Source: Azolla caroliniana (Eukaryota; Plantae; Polypodiophyta). From it: 64,000 nt of DNA. The notes below the pieces were generated by a model. The model worked only from the letters and a program-made list of their open reading frames with translations. It did no database searches and was not told the DNA's origin. Position 1 is the stretch's first letter; each line of letters begins with the position of its first letter. Made by a program: the position numbers and the translations under genes. Positions 60,501 through 64,000 of the stretch are shown piece by piece. The DNA lies in contig JBHGNT010000001.1 in assembly GCA_043228905.1 (NCBI GenBank), positions 21,638,001-21,702,000 on the forward strand, in the 5' to 3' direction.

Positions 60501-62816
60501 CCGGAACCGGCCCCGATCCCGAAATGGATTCGGATGAAGAGGAAACGGAGGAGCCGGTAACCGAAGATCCGGAACGGAGATATCCTCTAAGAGAGAGAAG
60601 GGCCCCCCGGAGATTTCCGGAACCAGAGCACGTGCTGCTAACCGACGAGGGGGAGCCGGAGAGCTTTGAAGAAGCAAAGCTTGACACCCATAGCCGCAGG
60701 TGGTTAAGTGCCATGCAGGAGGAGATGGATTCCCTGCATGAGAACCACACATATGAACTTGTGGAGTTGCCGAAGGGAAAGCGGGCACTTCGAAACAAGT
60801 GGGTGTTCAAGCTGAAACCGGGAGATGCCGGAAACCCCCCGAGATACAAAGCTAGGATCATGGTGAAGGGGTTCCAGCAGAAGAAGGGCGTCGACTTCGA
60901 CGAGATATTTGCCCCGGTAGTGAAGATGACCTCCATCCGGACGGTGCTGAGCATAGCGGCAAGCATGGACCTCAGGGTAGAACAGATGGACGTGAAGACG
61001 GCATTCCTTCACGGTGACCTCGAAGAAGAGATCTACATGCAGCAACCGGAAGGATTCGAGAAGAAAGGGAAGGAGCACCTGGTATGCCGGTTGAAGAAGA
61101 GCCTTTACGGACTGAAGCAGGCTCCCCGGCAATGGTACCGGAAGTTCGACTCTTTCATGACCGACGAAGGGTACCACAAAACGCAGTTCGATCACTGCGT
61201 GTTTGTGAAGAAGTTCGAAGGAGGAGACTTTCTAATACTCCTCCTGTACGTGGACGACATGTTGATCGTCGGACAGGACCAGGTCAAGATACGGATGCTG
61301 AAGAAAGCGCTTCACCGAACCTTCTCAATGAAGGACCTGGGTCCGGCGAGGCAAATACTAGGGATGCACATCATCCGGGACCGGAAGAAGAAGCAGTTGT
61401 GGCTGTCACAGGAGAAGTACGTGACAAAGGTGCTTCACCGGTTCAACATGTCGGAAGCAAGACCGGTCGGGTCAACTCTCCCGGCAAACTGCAAGTTGTC
61501 CAGCAAGCAAAGCCCCAAGACAAAGGCTGAGAAGGAGGACATGATGAAAGTACCATATGCCTCTGCCGTCGGAAGCTTGATGTACGCAATGGTGTGTACA
61601 AGACCGGACATAGGATACGCAGTCGGAGTGGTGAGCCGGTACATGAGCAATCCCGGCAAAGAGCACTGGAACGCGGTCAAGTGGATACTCCGATACCTGA
61701 AGGGCACGGCAAACGTGTGCCTCCGATTCGGCCCCGGTAAGCCCGAACTCGACGGCTTTACCGATTCGGATATGTCGGCTGATGCAGATACCAGCCGGTC
61801 CACTTCAGGGTATGTGATGACGTATGCAGGGGGAGCTGTTTCGTGGCAGTCGAGGCTGCAGAAGACGGTTGCGTTGTCAACCACGGAGGTGGAGTACATG
61901 GCGGCTGTTGAAGCCGGCAAGGAAATAATATGGATGAAGGACTTCATTAGAGAGCTCGGTATCCGACAGAAGGAGTACCGACTCTACTGCGACAGTCAGA
62001 GTGCCATCCACCTTGCGAAGAATGCGGCCTATCACTCCCGGACGAAGCACATCCAGCGTAGATACCACTGGATCCGGGAAAGGATAGAAGACAAGGAGTT
62101 CATGCTAACGAAGATCCACACGGACGAGAACGGGTCGGATATGCTGACCAAGGTACTCACACCCGACAAGCTGGAAGCATGCCGGAAGAGGATCGGATTG
62201 GAGAGACATCCCATGCCGAAGTGAAGGGGGATTTTGTTGGGATTACGGTCCCTCCGGATGGGATGGTCGGATGTCCGGGAATCGGATGATGAAGACCCTG
62301 GCTACGGAGCCGGATGCTGAAGACCCCGGTTACGGAGCCGGATGACGAATGTACCCGGAGAGAGATCCGGATGCGGGGACATATTTGTGAAAATGTTTTG
62401 CCAAGAGCCCTTGAGGCTATATTTTGTAAATAGCCCGAAAGTCATATGTGTATAAATATGACTTAGGGCAAACAGTTTAAATGTTGTTGCTCATTTTTCT
62501 GGTTTCACTTAGAGAGAGTTAAGTGAGCAGCAGAGAGAGAGAGAGAGAGACGAAGAGGTCGACGCCTCTGTGTATTACCGCCGCCTGTGGCGAAGACAGT
62601 GAGCTCAAGGTTGTTGTCTTGTAGCTTCACCATTGTACATCTCTGTGTATAGTGATAGTTGGAGTTTGAGGACTCCCGTGGTTTTTCCCATTTAGGGTTT
62701 TCCACGTAAAACACCCTGTGTACTCTTCTCTCTATTGTCTTCGTGCATTCTGTATTTCCCGTTTTCTGTGAGTTGATCCTATTCCTCGGTTTGTGACCGA
62801 GCGCTGTTTTGCAACA
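57539..62816 (+). mobile_element. Intact full-length Tork-like copia copy G
   Basis: TSD CTTCG at 57534-57538 and 62817-62821. 582-bp LTRs 57539-58120 and 62235-62816 (TG...CA, 2 substitutions seen). PBS TGGTATCAGAGC at 58124-58135, PPT ~62223-62231. Confidence 0.98.
58151..62224 (+). CDS. Uninterrupted copia gag-pol polyprotein (1357 aa)
   Basis: The first ATG after the PBS opens a single ORF containing CFHCGKPGHFRKNC, DSGA, HTDVC / FIDD / DNGGEY / AERMNRT, YVDD, TDSD and CDSQSA. Confidence 0.96.
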   Translation: MEGGGSGPPGMMVLNSQNYADWKIKMEDLLIVRDLYEPIDNAEIPKGVIESEWKLLNRKAVAKIRQYVDVSVLQHVANDTNAYEMWKKLSGLYERKNALNRTSLMRKIVNLKYRDGENMVEHVSTFMGFVNQLAAIKFPLEDAMQAIILMCTLPESWENLVVTLSTSCTEDNLSLQMVKTSILNEEARRRDKEPVSDPKMLLTESDRGRQWNRSPQRREKSGTRSQSRGRPTCFHCGKPGHFRKNCRHYRKDNGADDTDSKKSPERNGAYRGATDRRGPDRRGQDRKGTTALAASEEEIMLITEERELNHAGVEMTWVVDSGALFHLTPEKKYFSSYTAGEHGCVRMGNEGTCRIAGIGDVWLMTSTGCKMLLKDVRHVPEVRLNLISAGRLDDEGYTGSIRNGVMKFSKGSLIVARARKVNTLYLMNSRLCPEELNVAADTAGELWHKRLCHMSEKGMKRLADDNLIPVKHVHLGKCTDCLAGKQNRTSFHSRPPTRRSAPLELVHTDVCQVEAKSHGGAQYFVTFIDDHSRKLWTAPLKTKDQVLSVFKELHARVERESGKKLKAIRADNGGEYRGQFAEYCRSKGIRLEFTVPKTPELNGLAERMNRTIMERVRSMLAHAKLPKGFWAEAMSTATYVINRSPSVPLDGDTPQKVWTGKEVSYRHLKVFGCLAYVHVAKDRRGKLDPKTRPCIFLGYDDDEFGYRVWDPVDKKIFRSRDIIFMEDKTLADWESEKKMKSSKSTGEDQLYEEQSRPARDRLALEDPAEDGEETEPAEEDETDTGTGPDPEMDSDEEETEEPVTEDPERRYPLRERRAPRRFPEPEHVLLTDEGEPESFEEAKLDTHSRRWLSAMQEEMDSLHENHTYELVELPKGKRALRNKWVFKLKPGDAGNPPRYKARIMVKGFQQKKGVDFDEIFAPVVKMTSIRTVLSIAASMDLRVEQMDVKTAFLHGDLEEEIYMQQPEGFEKKGKEHLVCRLKKSLYGLKQAPRQWYRKFDSFMTDEGYHKTQFDHCVFVKKFEGGDFLILLLYVDDMLIVGQDQVKIRMLKKALHRTFSMKDLGPARQILGMHIIRDRKKKQLWLSQEKYVTKVLHRFNMSEARPVGSTLPANCKLSSKQSPKTKAEKEDMMKVPYASAVGSLMYAMVCTRPDIGYAVGVVSRYMSNPGKEHWNAVKWILRYLKGTANVCLRFGPGKPELDGFTDSDMSADADTSRSTSGYVMTYAGGAVSWQSRLQKTVALSTTEVEYMAAVEAGKEIIWMKDFIRELGIRQKEYRLYCDSQSAIHLAKNAAYHSRTKHIQRRYHWIRERIEDKEFMLTKIHTDENGSDMLTKVLTPDKLEACRKRIGLERHPMPK

Positions 62817-64000
62817 CTTCGGTTGTGACAACCATAGCAACTTTTGAGTTCTGTCTCGAACTATGTGCATTCCCAAGATTTGTTTAGCCAGTCCAAGGTC
62901 TTTCATGGCAAATGATTTGCCGAGAGCTTTCTTCAAGCTTCCAATCTTCCTTGTATCTTGACCGACTATCAACATGTCATCGACATATAGCAAGAGAATC
63001 AAGAAGTCTCCTTCTTTGAACCTTTTGATGAACACACAGTGATCGACATGTGTTTTCTAGAACCAGTGTTCCATCATGAAGGACTCGAACTTCTTGTACC
63101 ATTGGCGTGGAGCTTGTTTCAGACCGTACAAGCTTTTCTTCAGTCGACACACCAGACTCTCTTTCCCTTTCTCTTCAAAGCGTTCGGGTTGCTCCATATA
63201 GATTTCTTCTTCTAGCTCCCCGTGCAGAAATGTGATTTTGACATCCAGCAGTTCGATCTCCAGATCCATACTGGCCGCTATGCTCAAAACAGTTCGGATG
63301 GATGTCATCTTAACGACTGGTGCGAATATTTCATCAAAGTCGACGCCCTTCTTCTGCTGGAAACCCTTTATCACTATGCGGGCTTTATACCTGGGCTCAT
63401 TGTCGGCTTCTCCAGTCTTCACCTTGTAGACCCACTTATTCCTGAGTGCTTTTTTACCTTTCGGCAGCTCTACTAGGTCATAGGTGTAGTTCTCGTGCAA
63501 GGATTCCATCTCATCTTGCATCGCGCTCAGCCATTTCTCTCTGTGCTCATCAACAATGACTTCTTTGTAGCACTCCGGTTCACCTTCATCAGTCAAGAGG
63601 ATGTATTGGCTGGCATATGTAGTCGGTGACTTCCTCTCCCTGAGTGGATATCTTCTTCCACTCTTTGTTGGTTGTCTTTTGGATGTCTCTGCCAACTCTT
63701 CTCTCTGCTAGGGATCCTGCTCGTCAATCGGCCTCTCCTGGTTTGACAACTCCAACTCTAGCTCATATTCATCAATTGACATTTGCAGCTCTGCCGACCT
63801 TGACTCGTAGTTAGTCGGTCTCCCCGAGTCAACCGACTCGGATTCGGCTCTGTCGGCTAGTTGTCTCCTTACAGCTGTCGGTGATGACTCACTTGGCCTT
63901 AAGTTGATGGTAGTCGGGTTTAACTGGGTAGTCGATTCCGACTTCTGTTGCTTCCAGTCTTCATACTTCTTGTCTTCCAAAAAGTCTACATCCCGACTTC

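Larger units (their letters stand above)
56097..64000 (-). mobile_element. Degenerate Tork-like copia H (3' LTR, RH, RT, spacer), host of copy G; continues beyond the window
   Basis: RT at 62822-63695 and 57096-57533, RH at 56885-57077, LTR remnant ~56097-56637. The RH end, PPT and LTR start are inverted. Confidence 0.85.

Overview
Plant nuclear DNA; the TE families and gene divergence suggest a fern or other seed-free plant, but that is inference. One host gene is present: a 10-exon SQUAMOSA promoter-binding protein-like (SPL) transcription factor of the long SPL1/12/14/16 type (CDS 10112-16281, + strand, about 1083 aa, with SBP zinc finger, ankyrin region and C-terminal TM helix). Almost everything else is retroelement. 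(1) A Tnt1/Tork-like Ty1/copia family has five copies: an intact one at 57539-62816 whose LTRs differ at only 2 positions, a near-intact one at 36756-42097 with TG...TA ends, and three decayed ones. (2) There are Ale-like and other copia relics, a Ty3/gypsy gag-pro relic with a tRNA-Arg-type PBS, and an APE-type LINE relic. (3) A 267-bp tandem array is split by a 22-kb nest whose TSDs can be read at each level. Structure not explained by routine annotation: three related TGTC...GACA solo LTRs, each with a 4-bp NCGN target duplication; an LTR deletion filled with TTTAGGG repeats; a 1.1-kb PPR-containing insert flanked by a 16-bp direct repeat; a Gag swap within one copia family; a ~245-bp inversion; and a decayed 42-bp array in the SPL leader. 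I found no convincing novel protein-coding system. All coordinates were read by eye; no alignments or searches were run.
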